Positions 1 to 10,983 of a stretch of DNA of 64,000 nt are shown piece by piece. Under the pieces are notes generated by a model. That model saw only the letters and a program-made list of their open reading frames with translations. It was not told where the DNA came from and ran no database searches. The DNA comes from Treponema sp. (GTDB taxonomy: Bacteria; Spirochaetota; Spirochaetia; Treponematales; Treponemataceae). The position numbers were made by a program, and so were the translations under genes. How positions within the stretch are numbered: the first letter of the stretch is position 1; each line of letters starts with the position of its first letter. The DNA is taken from contig NZ_JAILGZ010000084.1 in assembly GCF_024696245.1 (NCBI RefSeq), forward strand, positions 2,919-66,918. Direction: 5' to 3'.

Positions 1-5
1 GGCAA

Positions 6-782
6 TCAGGAAGTTTTCTTCTGAGAAGACTTTCTGGCTGCTGTACTTCCGGAAGAAGTTTTCTTTGCAGAAGAAGCTTTTTTTGAAGAAGATACTGTTG
101 CTGACTTTTTCGACGCAGACGGACTTGAAGAAGCAGCAGCGGTTTTCTTTACAGAAGAAGTTTTTTTTGCTGCTGATGTTTTTACAGTCTTTGCTTTTTC
201 AGCAGAAGTCTTCTTTGGAGCAGACGATTTTGCAGATGCTTTTGCAGACACAGTTTTAGCTGACCCGCTTTTTACAGATGCAGTTTTTGTGGAAGCTGCC
301 CTGGAGGATGCATTTTTTACAGATGCTGTTTTTGTTGAAGCGGACTTTACAGAAGCACTTTTTTTTGCAGGAGATGAACTGTCATCCTGGAGATCTGCTG
401 CTTCTAAAATAACTGTCGGCTGAGACGATGCAGGTACAGAAGACATGTCATCAGATTTTTTCTCTTCTCCTTCAGAAATGGAAAGTTTTTTAGATTCGAT
501 TTCCTGGAGTAAATTTTCTATCTGTGAATAAAGGGAATCAAATTCCTTAAGATCGGAAGAAGATTTTTTTGCCACTTCCCTTTTCTCAAAAGTAAGTTTT
601 CCGAGATCTTCGTAAAGCTTTTCTAATTTTGAATTAAGTCTTGCAATATCAATGCGGGTTACAGACTTATCACTGAAGTCGTTTATTTTTTCACCAGCTT
701 TGTGAAAAATATTTTTTGACGACTCTACACTTCTGTCAAGAAATGAAAAAAGTTTGTCCTTAAATGATTTCTTTTCTGCCAT
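6..782 (-). CDS. hypothetical protein: helical N-terminal half plus K/S/A/T-rich basic low-complexity C-terminal tail
   Basis: ORF 6..830. I prefer the internal ATG at 782 (MAEKKSF...). The C-terminal ~124 aa (coords ~9-380) are KKTS/ASVKS-type low complexity and include a 45-nt (15-aa) tandem duplication around 268-341. No family recognised. Confidence 0.6.
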   Translation of the reverse strand: MAEKKSFKDKLFSFLDRSVESSKNIFHKAGEKINDFSDKSVTRIDIARLNSKLEKLYEDLGKLTFEKREVAKKSSSDLKEFDSLYSQIENLLQEIESKKLSISEGEEKKSDDMSSVPASSQPTVILEAADLQDDSSSPAKKSASVKSASTKTASVKNASSRAASTKTASVKSGSAKTVSAKASAKSSAPKKTSAEKAKTVKTSAAKKTSSVKKTAAASSSPSASKKSATVSSSKKASSAKKTSSGSTAARKSSQKKTS

Positions 783-830
783 GTTTATCTCCATTAACTT
801 AAATATAACTTTAAAAAACCATACGCGCAA

Positions 831-3800
831 CTATGGATTTAATTCCCATTCACCATACTCATCTACAATTTCTGTTTTCATACTGGACATTGGACGCCAG
901 GATACTGAGAATGAAAAATACGGATGGTAATCGTAATACTTCTGACTTCCACTGGTAACTGTTCTTGGTTTAAATGTAAGGGTTGCAGCCATATCCCAGT
1001 CACACAGATCATGGGAAAGGGAAACTGAGAATGATTTTATTTTATAACCGGAACCTTTTCTTGCAGACTGGTCAGAATCATAGAATGAATCATCATCCCA
1101 GAATTTAAATGAATTATACAAATCAATAAGAGGATTAGTTTCACCACCGATTATGTCACCATAGTCAGTATATTTCTGGATATATCTGAAAATAACTGAG
1201 TTTCTTGATTCTGCAGAAAATGTCAGGTCAAGGAAATCATTTATTTTAAATGTCATAGAAGGAACAAATGTAAAGTAACTGTTTGTCGGTTTAAGACAAT
1301 CATAAACTATGCTTGTAGAAAGTTTTGGTGTCCATGAAATTCTATTCAGCCAGTGATAGTAAGTTGTACTTGAAGAAGCATAGGACAAAGTAAGGGAGTA
1401 AGGCTGAAATTCCTTATCTGTTTTTGCAGTCCAGGTCATTGTATCTTTATCAAAGTCATAACCTGTAACATAACTCATTACATAGGCGGCCTTAAAATTA
1501 TTCCATGTGGCAGAAAATTTAAATGAATCAGAATGCCATTCATCAAGATCATAATTATAACTTTCAGTAAGACTTAAGTTTCCTAACTTTATGGTTGCGG
1601 ACTGCTGGAAAGGATTCCATTCATATGATTCATCAGTAGAACTAACCTGCTGAATACTGCTGGCAAAACTCATGCTTCCTACAGGAAACCCCAGTTTAAA
1701 GGTTGCAGAATAATATTCAACCTGAGGTGGAAGTTTTGTTGACAAAGTAAGGGTCTGGGAATATTTTCCTTCAACAGCAGACAGGGTTCCGCTTAAAGTA
1801 TGAGTTGTAAAACAGTCATCATCAAAAAGATCTACAGTATTATATTCCCACTGAGGATCATCTGCATCTCCAAGAAATTCCGTTTCAATAAGCTTTACTG
1901 TTGTAGACCAGTCAATACTTGTATTCTTAAATACTGAATTATAAAGCAAAGGTTTTACAGAAACTGTATTTGAATTTGTAAGGTCAAGTTTTTTTGCAGC
2001 ATAATCAGTTTTCTTTACACTGGCTGCAGAAGTTTCTGAATATCCATCCAGATTAGGGTGAGTCTGATATACAGGATTAAAAGTAAAGGTATTTGACATA
2101 GATGCAAAAGTACTTCTGTAGGAAAGCTTACTGGTTAAAGTTGCAGGAACCTTTACCTGATAGTATGAAGAATAAATGTAACTCCAGTCAAAATCCTCCG
2201 GCTTATAGAGGGGATGCTCATCATAAGTCTGATAGTTTATCTGAGATGTATACTGAGGTGTTATGGAATAAGAAAGTGTATATTCAAGTCCTTTAATATC
2301 CGTAACTGAAGAAGATGCTGAGGCTGTAAGGGATGGAAAATTCTTTTCTGAGAAAACAATATCTTCCTTACTGCTGCCAGTGTCTTCTGAGCTATCATTG
2401 TCACTATCACTTACAGTTTCGCTTTCAGTCTGAACATTTTCCTGGTCAGTATCTGACTCATTTTGCTGCAGGGCTGCCTTTTCTTTTTCAATTTCTTCCG
2501 GGGTTTTAAATTCATCAGGTACATTAAGACTAGTTGTAAAGCCTGAGCTTTTCTTAGAAGAAGACGATGAACTTGAAAGCTGAATTAAGGTTCCGGCAAT
2601 TTTTGCTGAAACCTTAAAAGGTGTTACCTGTGACGGATAGAAAAAAGTTCTTTCCGGTGTATATGTTCGCCATGTCGAATCAGAGTTTACCCATTCCTCA
2701 TCATAATAAACACCATCTGAAGAAGAAGTTGTCCTGGACTTTGAACTGAAAACAAGGGATGAAGAAAAACTTGAAATTGAAAGTGAAGAAATATAAGGCT
2801 TTATAAAATCCGGAAGAGTAAAATTATATGAGCCTGATGCAGTCCAGGTAAAGGAAGTTACTGTATTTGATGTTGTATCTTCTTCCTCTGAACCATCCCC
2901 GTTCATTAAAAATCCCAGCCAGTCAATATATTCACTTCTTTCTGAAAAATCGTCAGTAAAATACGGGTCTGAATATACAGGCATGGCAAGGGTAAATGTA
3001 AAAGGTTTTGTCATTGAAAAATTAAGGCCGGCACTATAACGGAATGGAAGTTCAACCCCAAGAAAATTTGACTTATCTGAATAAGTTTCTTCGTTGTAGT
3101 AATTGCTGTAAAGTCCGCCTGTTTCAAAAATTGTCTGGGTAAAAGCAATATTTACATTTCCGGAAAGATTTGAAATCATACCTCCGGGTTTATAAACACC
3201 TTCTGCACCAAACATAAATCCAAGGTTTGTATAAAAGTCAGCCATAATCTTAAGATAATTTGTAGTATTACCTTTAAAATCATCATCAAGATTATGAAGT
3301 ACAAGTCCTTCCCTTTTTTGTTCCTTAAGGCTTGTAGCTTTCATAAAGTTGAAGAGACCTTTTGTTATATCATCGTCATCGTCATCATCTGAGCTTGTAT
3401 CCAGAGGCTTTCTTCCAAAAATATATGTAGTGGTATTAAAATAATAGCCAAGCCTTTCATCATAACCAAAACTTGGATTAAAAATAAGTTCGTCCTTTGG
3501 ATAATAAAATGCAGGAAGGTAAAGAAGTGGTACATGACCTACAAATAAAACTGCATTAAAAAATGCAAACTCTCCACCCGGCAAAAGCCAGATTCTTGAA
3601 GCCCATATTTTCCAATGAGGATCTTCTTCGTCACAAAAGGTAAGTTCTGCATTTTTAAAAGCTATGGTACTTGAGGAGTCACGGCCAAAAATTTCTGACG
3701 CAACTATAAGGGTTGAACCTGAAGGAAGATTAATGGCATCACTCTGAGTCTGTACCGCCCTTCCGTTGTCAAAAATACCTTCCAGCGTGCTTGTGTTAAA

Positions 3801-4142
3801 AAGAAGGGATGAAGCAGTAATATTCTGTCCCCCTGCACTGCCCCCGGTCTGCTGAAGGCTTACATTACCCACTGCATAAACCATGTCAGTTGTACGGTTA
3901 AAGGTTATGGAATCTGCACTTATGGATGTTACCGTACTGCCCTTTGTTACGGAAATTTTTACAGCCCCGGTAAGAATTATTTCTTCTGTTCCTGTTTCCT
4001 TGTTTTTTCTATACTCAGTATTCTGTGCGCTCTCAATTTTAATTACACTCTGATCTTCCTGTGAAAAAAGACTGAAAGAAGCAAAAGTAATTAAAAGCAT
4101 GAGGACGATTTTTTTTAAGGTTAAAAAATACTGCGGTTTCAC
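831..4142 (-). CDS. lptD: LptD/OstA-like outer-membrane protein
   Basis: 1103-aa ORF with a signal peptide (MKPQYFLTLKKIVLMLLITFASFSLFSQ) and an OstA-like N-domain. The segment FCDEEDPHWKIWASRIWLL...VPLLYLPAFYYP resembles the LptD core, followed by a long beta-rich C-terminus. It lies directly downstream of uvrA, as I recall for Treponema. Confidence 0.6.
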   Translation of the reverse strand: MKPQYFLTLKKIVLMLLITFASFSLFSQEDQSVIKIESAQNTEYRKNKETGTEEIILTGAVKISVTKGSTVTSISADSITFNRTTDMVYAVGNVSLQQTGGSAGGQNITASSLLFNTSTLEGIFDNGRAVQTQSDAINLPSGSTLIVASEIFGRDSSSTIAFKNAELTFCDEEDPHWKIWASRIWLLPGGEFAFFNAVLFVGHVPLLYLPAFYYPKDELIFNPSFGYDERLGYYFNTTTYIFGRKPLDTSSDDDDDDDITKGLFNFMKATSLKEQKREGLVLHNLDDDFKGNTTNYLKIMADFYTNLGFMFGAEGVYKPGGMISNLSGNVNIAFTQTIFETGGLYSNYYNEETYSDKSNFLGVELPFRYSAGLNFSMTKPFTFTLAMPVYSDPYFTDDFSERSEYIDWLGFLMNGDGSEEEDTTSNTVTSFTWTASGSYNFTLPDFIKPYISSLSISSFSSSLVFSSKSRTTSSSDGVYYDEEWVNSDSTWRTYTPERTFFYPSQVTPFKVSAKIAGTLIQLSSSSSSSKKSSGFTTSLNVPDEFKTPEEIEKEKAALQQNESDTDQENVQTESETVSDSDNDSSEDTGSSKEDIVFSEKNFPSLTASASSSVTDIKGLEYTLSYSITPQYTSQINYQTYDEHPLYKPEDFDWSYIYSSYYQVKVPATLTSKLSYRSTFASMSNTFTFNPVYQTHPNLDGYSETSAASVKKTDYAAKKLDLTNSNTVSVKPLLYNSVFKNTSIDWSTTVKLIETEFLGDADDPQWEYNTVDLFDDDCFTTHTLSGTLSAVEGKYSQTLTLSTKLPPQVEYYSATFKLGFPVGSMSFASSIQQVSSTDESYEWNPFQQSATIKLGNLSLTESYNYDLDEWHSDSFKFSATWNNFKAAYVMSYVTGYDFDKDTMTWTAKTDKEFQPYSLTLSYASSSTTYYHWLNRISWTPKLSTSIVYDCLKPTNSYFTFVPSMTFKINDFLDLTFSAESRNSVIFRYIQKYTDYGDIIGGETNPLIDLYNSFKFWDDDSFYDSDQSARKGSGYKIKSFSVSLSHDLCDWDMAATLTFKPRTVTSGSQKYYDYHPYFSFSVSWRPMSSMKTEIVDEYGEWELNP

Positions 4143-4193
4143 TTTGAAGAAGAATTATATACGGGAGAAGATATTTCTTCAATCGAAATAACC

Positions 4194-7151
4194 TTATAAC
4201 TTTTTATCCCTGAGGGCTTCCCTTTCAAGCATACTCTTTATGAATCTGCCGGTATAACTTTTCTTTGACAGTGAAACTTCTTCCGGTGTTCCGGTGGCTA
4301 TAACTTCTCCGCCTCCGGTTCCTCCTTCAGGACCAAGGTCAATTATGTAATCCGACTGACATATAACATCAAGATTATGTTCAATCATTACAACCGTATT
4401 GCCTTTATCTACAAGTCTCTGAATTACATTCATAAGCTGCATAATGTCTGCAAAATGAAGTCCTGTTGTTGGCTCATCAAGAATGTAAAGGGTTTTTCCT
4501 GTTGAAGGACGACAGAGTTCTGAAGCAAGTTTTACACGCTGAGCTTCACCGCCGGAAAGAGTAAGGGCATTCTGTCCAAGCTGAATGTATCCCAGACCAA
4601 CTTCCTTTAAGGTTTCAAGCTTTCTTGCTATATGAGGAATACCTGCAAAAAAATCTGCAGCATCTTCTATAGTCATATCCAGAACATCACTTATGGATTT
4701 TCCCTTGTAAGTAACTTCCAGAGTCTCCTGATTAAAACGCTTTCCATGACATACATCACACTGAATGAAAACGTCAGGAAGGAAATTCATTTCGATTGTA
4801 ATGGTACCTGCACCTTCACAGTTTTCGCACCGGCCGCCCTTAACATTAAAACTGAATCTTCCAGCTTTATAGCCCTTTGCCTTGGCTTCAGGAAGGCTTG
4901 CAAAAAGATCCCTTATTTTATCAAAGACACCAATGTAAGTTACAGGATTTGATCTTGGTGTTCTTCCAATAGGAGTCTGGTCAATACTGATTACCTTATC
5001 AATATTTTCAAGACCTGTAATTTTTTTATACTTTCCCGTTTCGTATTCAGTGCGCATTACCGCATTACTTGCAGCCGGATAAAAAACATCACTTAAAAGA
5101 GTTGACTTCCCGCTTCCTGACACACCTGTTATACAGGTAAATGTTCCAAGAGGAATATCCACGCTGACATTTTTAAGATTATGTTCAGTAACTCCCTGAA
5201 TCCTGATAAGGTTACCATTTCCTTTTCTTCTTATTTCCGGAATCTTCATCCTGAGTTTTCCGGCAAGATATTTTCCGGTAACAGAATCTTCCACCTGCAT
5301 TACCTGAGCCGGAGTTCCGCTTGCCATAATTTTTCCGCCGTGAACTCCTGCACCTGGTCCTATATCAACAAGCCAGTCAGCAGTAAGCATAGTCTGTTCA
5401 TCATGTTCAACAACAATAACAGTATTACCAAGGTCCCTTAAATATGTAAGGGATTTTATAAGCCTTTCATTGTCCCTCTGATGAAGACCGATGGAAGGTT
5501 CATCAAGAATGTACATAACGCCTGTAAGTCCGGAACCAATCTGAGTAGAAAGACGAATACGCTGAGCCTCTCCACCTGACAAAGTTGAAGCACTTCTATG
5601 AAGGGTTAAATATTCCAGACCTACATTCTTAAGAAAATTAAGACGGGAATTTATTTCTTTTAAAATCTGAGCTGCAATTTTCTGTTCAGTTGGAGTAAGG
5701 CTGAGATTTTTAAAAAAGTCTATGGTTTCAAGAACAGAAAGTTCAGTAAGGTCCCAGATGTTTTTTCCGCCGACAGTAACACATAAAGCTTCAGGACGCA
5801 GTCTTTTTCCATGACAGGTCTGACATTCAGAAACCGACATAAATTTTTCCTGCATGCGTTCCTTCTGACTTTCACCCCAGGCTTCTGCATAACGTCTTTT
5901 CATATCTGCCATTACACCCAGCCATGGTCTTTTATATTCAGAATAACCTTCTCCACTCTGCTTCTGATAAACCCAGTGAAGGATTTTATTTTCATCACCA
6001 TTCCAGAGATAATGATACTGAGCCTTTGTAAGTTTATTCAGGGGAGTATCCAGTGAAAAACCTCCAGCTTCTGCAACAGCTTCAAAAATACTTCTGTTCC
6101 ATGCGCTGTCAGGATTATAAAAAGCGATACCTCCCTGATTAAAAGAAAGATTTTTATCCGGAACAATCAGGTTTTCGTTCCATTCCATTTTTTCACCAAT
6201 ACCGGTACAGTCAGGACAGGCACCAAAAGGATTGTTAAAACTAAAAAGCCGGGGCTGCAAATCTGGAATTGAAATACCACAGTCAGGACAGGCATTCTTC
6301 TGGCTGAAAAAAACTTCCTGTTCTATATAAGAGGCTTCACGATCATAAGGAGTTCCCCTGGAATCAAGGGCTGCAGCAACCTGAGCATAAGCCTGATCTT
6401 CTTTATTAACCCGCCTGAGTACAATAAGGATTCCATTTGATGCATTAAGGGCTGTTTCTACGGAATCAGCAAGACGCCTTCGTATTTCATCTTTTAAAAC
6501 AATACGGTCAACAACAATTTCTATAGTGTGTTTTTTCTGTTTATCAAGTTTAATTGAATCTTCCAGCTCTACCATAAGGCCGTCAATTCTTGCGCGAACA
6601 AAACCTGATTTTTTTGCGTCTTCAATAACCTTTACATGTTCACCTTTTTTTCCCCTGATAACAGGAGCAAGGACTGTAAGTTTGGTTCCTTCATCCCAGC
6701 TGAGAATAGTATCAATAATCTGATCTACTGACTGTTCGTTAATCTCCCTGCCGCATTTGGGACAATGAGCCTTACCGATTCTTGCATAAAGAAGCCTGTA
6801 ATAATCATAAATCTCAGTAACGGTTCCTACTGTTGAGCGGGGATTTTTATTAGTTGATTTCTGTTCAATGGAAATGGCTGGAGAAAGGCCTGAAATCATA
6901 TCTACATCAGGTTTATCCATTCTTCCAAGAAACTGACGGGCATAGGAAGAAAGACTTTCCATATACCTTCTCTGTCCTTCTGCAAAAAGAGTATCAAAGG
7001 CAAGAGAAGACTTTCCGCTTCCAGAAAGCCCGCTTATAACTACAAGACGGTTTCTTGGTATTTCTACATTTATATTTTTAAGATTATGTTCACGTGCACC
7101 CTGAATTACGATTTTTTCCTGACCTTCAGGTACTTTATTTATTCTATCCAT
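4194..7151 (-). CDS. uvrA: excinuclease ABC subunit A
   Basis: Two ABC ATPase modules ([18 protein letters not shown]; LSGGEAQR twice), zinc-finger Cys pairs, and a typical N-terminus [12 protein letters not shown]. The track ORF starts at GTG 7157; the ATG at 7151 is preferred. Confidence 0.97.
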   Translation of the reverse strand: MDRINKVPEGQEKIVIQGAREHNLKNINVEIPRNRLVVISGLSGSGKSSLAFDTLFAEGQRRYMESLSSYARQFLGRMDKPDVDMISGLSPAISIEQKSTNKNPRSTVGTVTEIYDYYRLLYARIGKAHCPKCGREINEQSVDQIIDTILSWDEGTKLTVLAPVIRGKKGEHVKVIEDAKKSGFVRARIDGLMVELEDSIKLDKQKKHTIEIVVDRIVLKDEIRRRLADSVETALNASNGILIVLRRVNKEDQAYAQVAAALDSRGTPYDREASYIEQEVFFSQKNACPDCGISIPDLQPRLFSFNNPFGACPDCTGIGEKMEWNENLIVPDKNLSFNQGGIAFYNPDSAWNRSIFEAVAEAGGFSLDTPLNKLTKAQYHYLWNGDENKILHWVYQKQSGEGYSEYKRPWLGVMADMKRRYAEAWGESQKERMQEKFMSVSECQTCHGKRLRPEALCVTVGGKNIWDLTELSVLETIDFFKNLSLTPTEQKIAAQILKEINSRLNFLKNVGLEYLTLHRSASTLSGGEAQRIRLSTQIGSGLTGVMYILDEPSIGLHQRDNERLIKSLTYLRDLGNTVIVVEHDEQTMLTADWLVDIGPGAGVHGGKIMASGTPAQVMQVEDSVTGKYLAGKLRMKIPEIRRKGNGNLIRIQGVTEHNLKNVSVDIPLGTFTCITGVSGSGKSTLLSDVFYPAASNAVMRTEYETGKYKKITGLENIDKVISIDQTPIGRTPRSNPVTYIGVFDKIRDLFASLPEAKAKGYKAGRFSFNVKGGRCENCEGAGTITIEMNFLPDVFIQCDVCHGKRFNQETLEVTYKGKSISDVLDMTIEDAADFFAGIPHIARKLETLKEVGLGYIQLGQNALTLSGGEAQRVKLASELCRPSTGKTLYILDEPTTGLHFADIMQLMNVIQRLVDKGNTVVMIEHNLDVICQSDYIIDLGPEGGTGGGEVIATGTPEEVSLSKKSYTGRFIKSMLEREALRDKKL

Positions 7152-7183
7152 GTGCACAATTAAATGTTAAAAAACTTAAAATT

Positions 7184-7558
7184 TCAAGTAAGACTGCCTG
7201 CGCCTGATAAATTTCCCTGAAGACGAAGCTTCTCTTCTGCTTCTACAACTTCAAGTACGGAATGAATAAGATTATCAACAACCTGAAGATTCTTTTTAAA
7301 CTCAGCCCGGTAAAACATCTGAGTACCCTTTTTAACGGAAACAAGAAGTCCACTGTCTTTTAAAACTTTAAGATGATGGGACACGGCAGGACGGGAAAGC
7401 TTAAATCTTGAGGCAAGCTCTGTAACGTTAATTCCGTCAAAACCAGACTCAGAGACTTCAAGCATTATCTTCTGGCGTATTTCATCACCAAGGGCAATGA
7501 ATAAAGGGGAACATTTTAAAAACATTCCCTGCAGCCTTTTAAATTCCTTCTTATTCAT
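7184..7558 (-). CDS. ArsR/SmtB-family transcriptional regulator
   Basis: HTH signature ELASRFKLSRPAVSHHLKVLKDSGLLVSVKKGTQMFY. 124 aa. Divergent from the MMPL exporter gene. Confidence 0.85.
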   Translation of the reverse strand: MNKKEFKRLQGMFLKCSPLFIALGDEIRQKIMLEVSESGFDGINVTELASRFKLSRPAVSHHLKVLKDSGLLVSVKKGTQMFYRAEFKKNLQVVDNLIHSVLEVVEAEEKLRLQGNLSGAGSLT

Positions 7559-7764
7559 AATTCCAATATATTTTGACTGAATGATTTTGTCAACATTATT
7601 AGTTTAAGAAATTAAACACTTAGACGCTTAAACAGTTAAACTTAAAATATTTTTAATAGCTATAATTCTTTATATTATATACAATTACAAAATTTTGAGA
7701 AATATTAATATAAAAAATTTACACTTTTTATTTGACATTTATTTTAAATTGATTATCATATTTG

Positions 7765-7795
7765 TATTGGTTCAAGTTTTTGAACGGATATATCA
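7765..7795 (+). promoter_or_regulatory. conserved 31-nt promoter/operator-like element, copy 1 (upstream of MMPL gene)
   Basis: tattggttcaagtttttgaacggatatatca matches 10984..11014 at 26 of 31 positions. It reads as TTGGTT-N16-TATATC and contains the palindrome GATATATC. It ends 22 nt before the ATG at 7818. Confidence 0.5.
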
Positions 7796-7817
7796 TATAC
7801 AAAGAGGTAATTTCAAG

Positions 7818-10800
7818 ATGAAATTCTTAAAAGCTTTCTTTAAGCATCCCTGGTTTATCATCATAGCCTGCCTTTTCGTTACAGGATTTTTTGGATTTTT
7901 TCTGAAAGATCTTAAACTTGAAAATTCCATGAGGCAGTTTTTTCCCCAGAAAAATGAAGCATACACAAGGCTTACTGACACTGAGGATAAATTCGGAAGT
8001 ATGCTTGCAATTGGTGCCAGCATAGAAGCAGAAACTGGAAGTATTCTTACACCTGAATACATTTCTGTAATTAAAAAAATTACTGACAGGGTTGCCCTTC
8101 TTTCTGAAGTAGATACTTCTAAAGTTAACCCTTCAGAAAAAAGTATAGATTCCCTTACCCACATTGATTATCTTTGTGCAGATGAAAGCGGTGCTATTTC
8201 TGCATCCCAGCTTATTCCTCCTGAATACTTTGATGAAAACAGTAACTATATTGCCGGAGACGAAGGAATAAATGAACTTAAATCCCGCCTTACTGAATGG
8301 TCAGATATGTACAACAGGGTTATTGTTAATGACAATAATACAGCCGCACAGATGCAGATTACCCTTAAAACAACCAGTACATACGAAAACGATATAGAAG
8401 CTGCAAAGCGTAATCTTGAAAGTGCAAAAGCCTCCGGTGACGAAGGAGAAATCAAGGCAGCAGAAGAAGCACTAAAAGCAACTGTTGATTACCCGGAAAA
8501 CAATCTTAAGGAAGCAAAAGAAAGTCTTAAAAAAGCCAAAGCTTCTGGTGATTCAGAAAAAATCAAGACGGCCTCAAAGACATACGAAGATGCAAAAGCT
8601 TACTATGATTCATGCAACTCTGATTCTGTAAGACAGCAGAGCACACTTACCGCAATCCGCAAAATCGTAGAAGAAGAATGTAAGGGACACGGAGTTAAAT
8701 ATAAGCTTGTAGGTGAACCTGTTCTTTCTGAAAGCTCAAGGCAGTTTATGACAGCTGACCTTATAGGCCTTATTCCACTTGTAGTAGTTGTTGTTCTTGT
8801 TTCTCTTTACCTCAGTTTTAAAACTGTAGCAGGAACACTTCTTCCACTTATAACTGTATTAATGTCTACAGCTATTTCCTGTGGTCTCATGGGTCTGTTT
8901 GGAATTACATTTACCCTTGTTTCCAGCGTTATTCCTGTAGCCCTCATTGCAGTAGGCTCTGCTTACGGAATCCATGTTCTTACCCACTATTATATTGCCT
9001 TAAAAAATGCAGGAAGTGAGCTTACAAAAGAATCTTATGAAAACTGTGTATTTGAAGGTCTTAAAGATGTATGGAAGGCAGTTATTCTTGCAGGAATTAC
9101 AACAGCTGTAGGATTTATCTCTCTTGTTACCAGTCCAATTGAACCTCTCCACAGTTTTGCCATCTTTACAGCAATTGGTGTAGGCATTTCCCTGCTTCTT
9201 TCAGTTACATTCATTCCTGCAATTCTTCTTGTTAAGGATTACAGAAAAATCGGAAAGAAGAAGGAAAACTCACTTTCTGAAAGAGTCAGAAGACGTGCAG
9301 AAAAAGTACGTGCCAAAATCGAATATCAGCTTGCCCGCCGTGGTGGTAAGTCTGTTGATGAAGCAAGTGGAAACACCCTTTACCTTATTTTCCGTTTCTT
9401 CTGCGGTACAAAAATCCGTCTTATAATTACAAGTGCAGCAATTGTTGTTTTCAGCATTGCGGGATTCAGACTCCTTAAAATTGATACAGCCCTTATTAAC
9501 TACTTCCCTGAGGACTGTCAGTTTAGAAAAGATATTGATTATATTGACGAACGTTTCGCAGGAACAAACAGTATATTCTTTAATGTAATTTCTCCTGATG
9601 CAAGAAAAGCAATGGAAGAAGAAGCTTCTGTTAATTCTGAGGATGACAACCAGGCAGAAGATGCCTTTGCCGAACTGGATGAATTTGAAGACTTTGACTT
9701 TGATGCTGCAGTAGCAGAAAGTTCTGAAGAAAATACTGAAGAAAGTGATGACTCTGATGAATTTAATTTTGACGAATTTGATTTTGATGCTGCAATGGAA
9801 GATACGGAAGAAGAAGTTGTTACCGCTGCCACAAATATTACTAACCCTGAAATTCTTAAAGCCGTTGACGACATGAACAAATACCTTCTTGCAAAACATA
9901 AAGGTATCGGTAAAATCGTAGCCCTTCCTACATTCATCAAGCGTGTAAACCAGGTATGGAACGCACCTGGAGCACAGGATGATGAAGCAGGAGCTGAATA
10001 TCTTGCAAAGCTTAACACTACCCTTACAACACAGGAACTTCTTGAAAAAATTAACCACGCTTACATCGAAGCCGGTGGTAAATATGCAACTGTTGAAGAC
10101 ATCATTGACATCCTTATGAAGGACACAAACTTTAACGGTACAGCTTTCTATGAAGTACCATACGATCCTGAAAAATATCCTCAGGATACCCGTGAAGCAT
10201 TATCAGGTATTGTTGCAAACTATCTTGATTCAATTCTTAGTGGTTCAGCTTCAATCAGCCGCTTTGTTGACAGTACATCACAGCCGCAGATTATGCGTAT
10301 CACCTGTCAGCTTCGTGTTCATACAACAGATGCAGTTGAATCTGTAATCAATGATGCAAAGGAATATGCAGCCCATAACTTCCCGGAAGGATATACACTT
10401 GAATCAACAGGTTCATCTGATATGGAAGTTGTAATGACAGACATGATTGTAGAAAGTCAGATTTCTTCTCTGGCTATCTCATTAATTTCTGTATTTATCA
10501 TTATTGCAATTTCATTCAAATCAGGATGGGCAGGTATTCTTGGTGCAATTCCTCTGGCATTTGCAATTCTCCTGAACTACATGATTATGGGTTTTGCAGG
10601 AATCAACCTTGACCTTGTAACAAGTATTATCGCTTCCCTTGCTGTAGGTGTAGGAATTGACTATACAATTCACTTCCTTTCTACTTACAAGGAAGAACGT
10701 TCTAAAACTGATGACATTGAATATGTAACTAAACAGACTTTCCAGAAGAGCGGCCACGGTATTATCACCAACGCACTTGCTGTAGGATTCGGCTTCCTTG

Positions 10801-10952
10801 TTCTCTGCTTCTCTAAGTTTGTAGTACTCCGCTACATTGGTGTACTGGTTGCACTGGTAATGTTTACATCAAGCTTCCTTGCAATGACTATCATTCCTGG
10901 AATCCTTACACTTCTTGACCCTAAATTTATCAGGCCAAAGAATAAAGAATAA
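7818..10952 (+). CDS. MMPL/RND-superfamily exporter (two 6-TM bundles, two large periplasmic loops)
   Basis: The ATG at 7818 is preceded by AAAGAGGT. The track ORF begins at an upstream TTG (7695) with implausible sequence. Two hydrophobic blocks have the typical MMPL motifs (GSAYGIHVL..., GVGIDYTIHFL...). Loop 2 carries an acidic insert. Confidence 0.85.
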   Translation: MKFLKAFFKHPWFIIIACLFVTGFFGFFLKDLKLENSMRQFFPQKNEAYTRLTDTEDKFGSMLAIGASIEAETGSILTPEYISVIKKITDRVALLSEVDTSKVNPSEKSIDSLTHIDYLCADESGAISASQLIPPEYFDENSNYIAGDEGINELKSRLTEWSDMYNRVIVNDNNTAAQMQITLKTTSTYENDIEAAKRNLESAKASGDEGEIKAAEEALKATVDYPENNLKEAKESLKKAKASGDSEKIKTASKTYEDAKAYYDSCNSDSVRQQSTLTAIRKIVEEECKGHGVKYKLVGEPVLSESSRQFMTADLIGLIPLVVVVVLVSLYLSFKTVAGTLLPLITVLMSTAISCGLMGLFGITFTLVSSVIPVALIAVGSAYGIHVLTHYYIALKNAGSELTKESYENCVFEGLKDVWKAVILAGITTAVGFISLVTSPIEPLHSFAIFTAIGVGISLLLSVTFIPAILLVKDYRKIGKKKENSLSERVRRRAEKVRAKIEYQLARRGGKSVDEASGNTLYLIFRFFCGTKIRLIITSAAIVVFSIAGFRLLKIDTALINYFPEDCQFRKDIDYIDERFAGTNSIFFNVISPDARKAMEEEASVNSEDDNQAEDAFAELDEFEDFDFDAAVAESSEENTEESDDSDEFNFDEFDFDAAMEDTEEEVVTAATNITNPEILKAVDDMNKYLLAKHKGIGKIVALPTFIKRVNQVWNAPGAQDDEAGAEYLAKLNTTLTTQELLEKINHAYIEAGGKYATVEDIIDILMKDTNFNGTAFYEVPYDPEKYPQDTREALSGIVANYLDSILSGSASISRFVDSTSQPQIMRITCQLRVHTTDAVESVINDAKEYAAHNFPEGYTLESTGSSDMEVVMTDMIVESQISSLAISLISVFIIIAISFKSGWAGILGAIPLAFAILLNYMIMGFAGINLDLVTSIIASLAVGVGIDYTIHFLSTYKEERSKTDDIEYVTKQTFQKSGHGIITNALAVGFGFLVLCFSKFVVLRYIGVLVALVMFTSSFLAMTIIPGILTLLDPKFIRPKNKE

Positions 10953-10983
10953 TGAACATAAATCATGTAACCATATAATGGTT

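Noticed and set aside
1-420. Repetitive DNA at the window start as a CRISPR array or non-coding minisatellite
   Set aside because: The repeats are imperfect, lie in frame within an ORF, and encode the K/S/A/T-rich tail. There is no repeat-spacer architecture.
7695-7817. N-terminal 41-codon extension of the MMPL ORF from a TTG
   Set aside because: The extension lies in the A/T-rich promoter region and includes the conserved 31-nt element. The ATG at 7818 has a good SD and begins a typical MMPL N-terminus.
9270-10058. 262-aa and 159-aa ORFs antisense to the MMPL gene
   Set aside because: They overlap the acidic-insert region of a well-supported gene. Their low-complexity Ser/Phe/Cys-rich translations are shadow ORFs.
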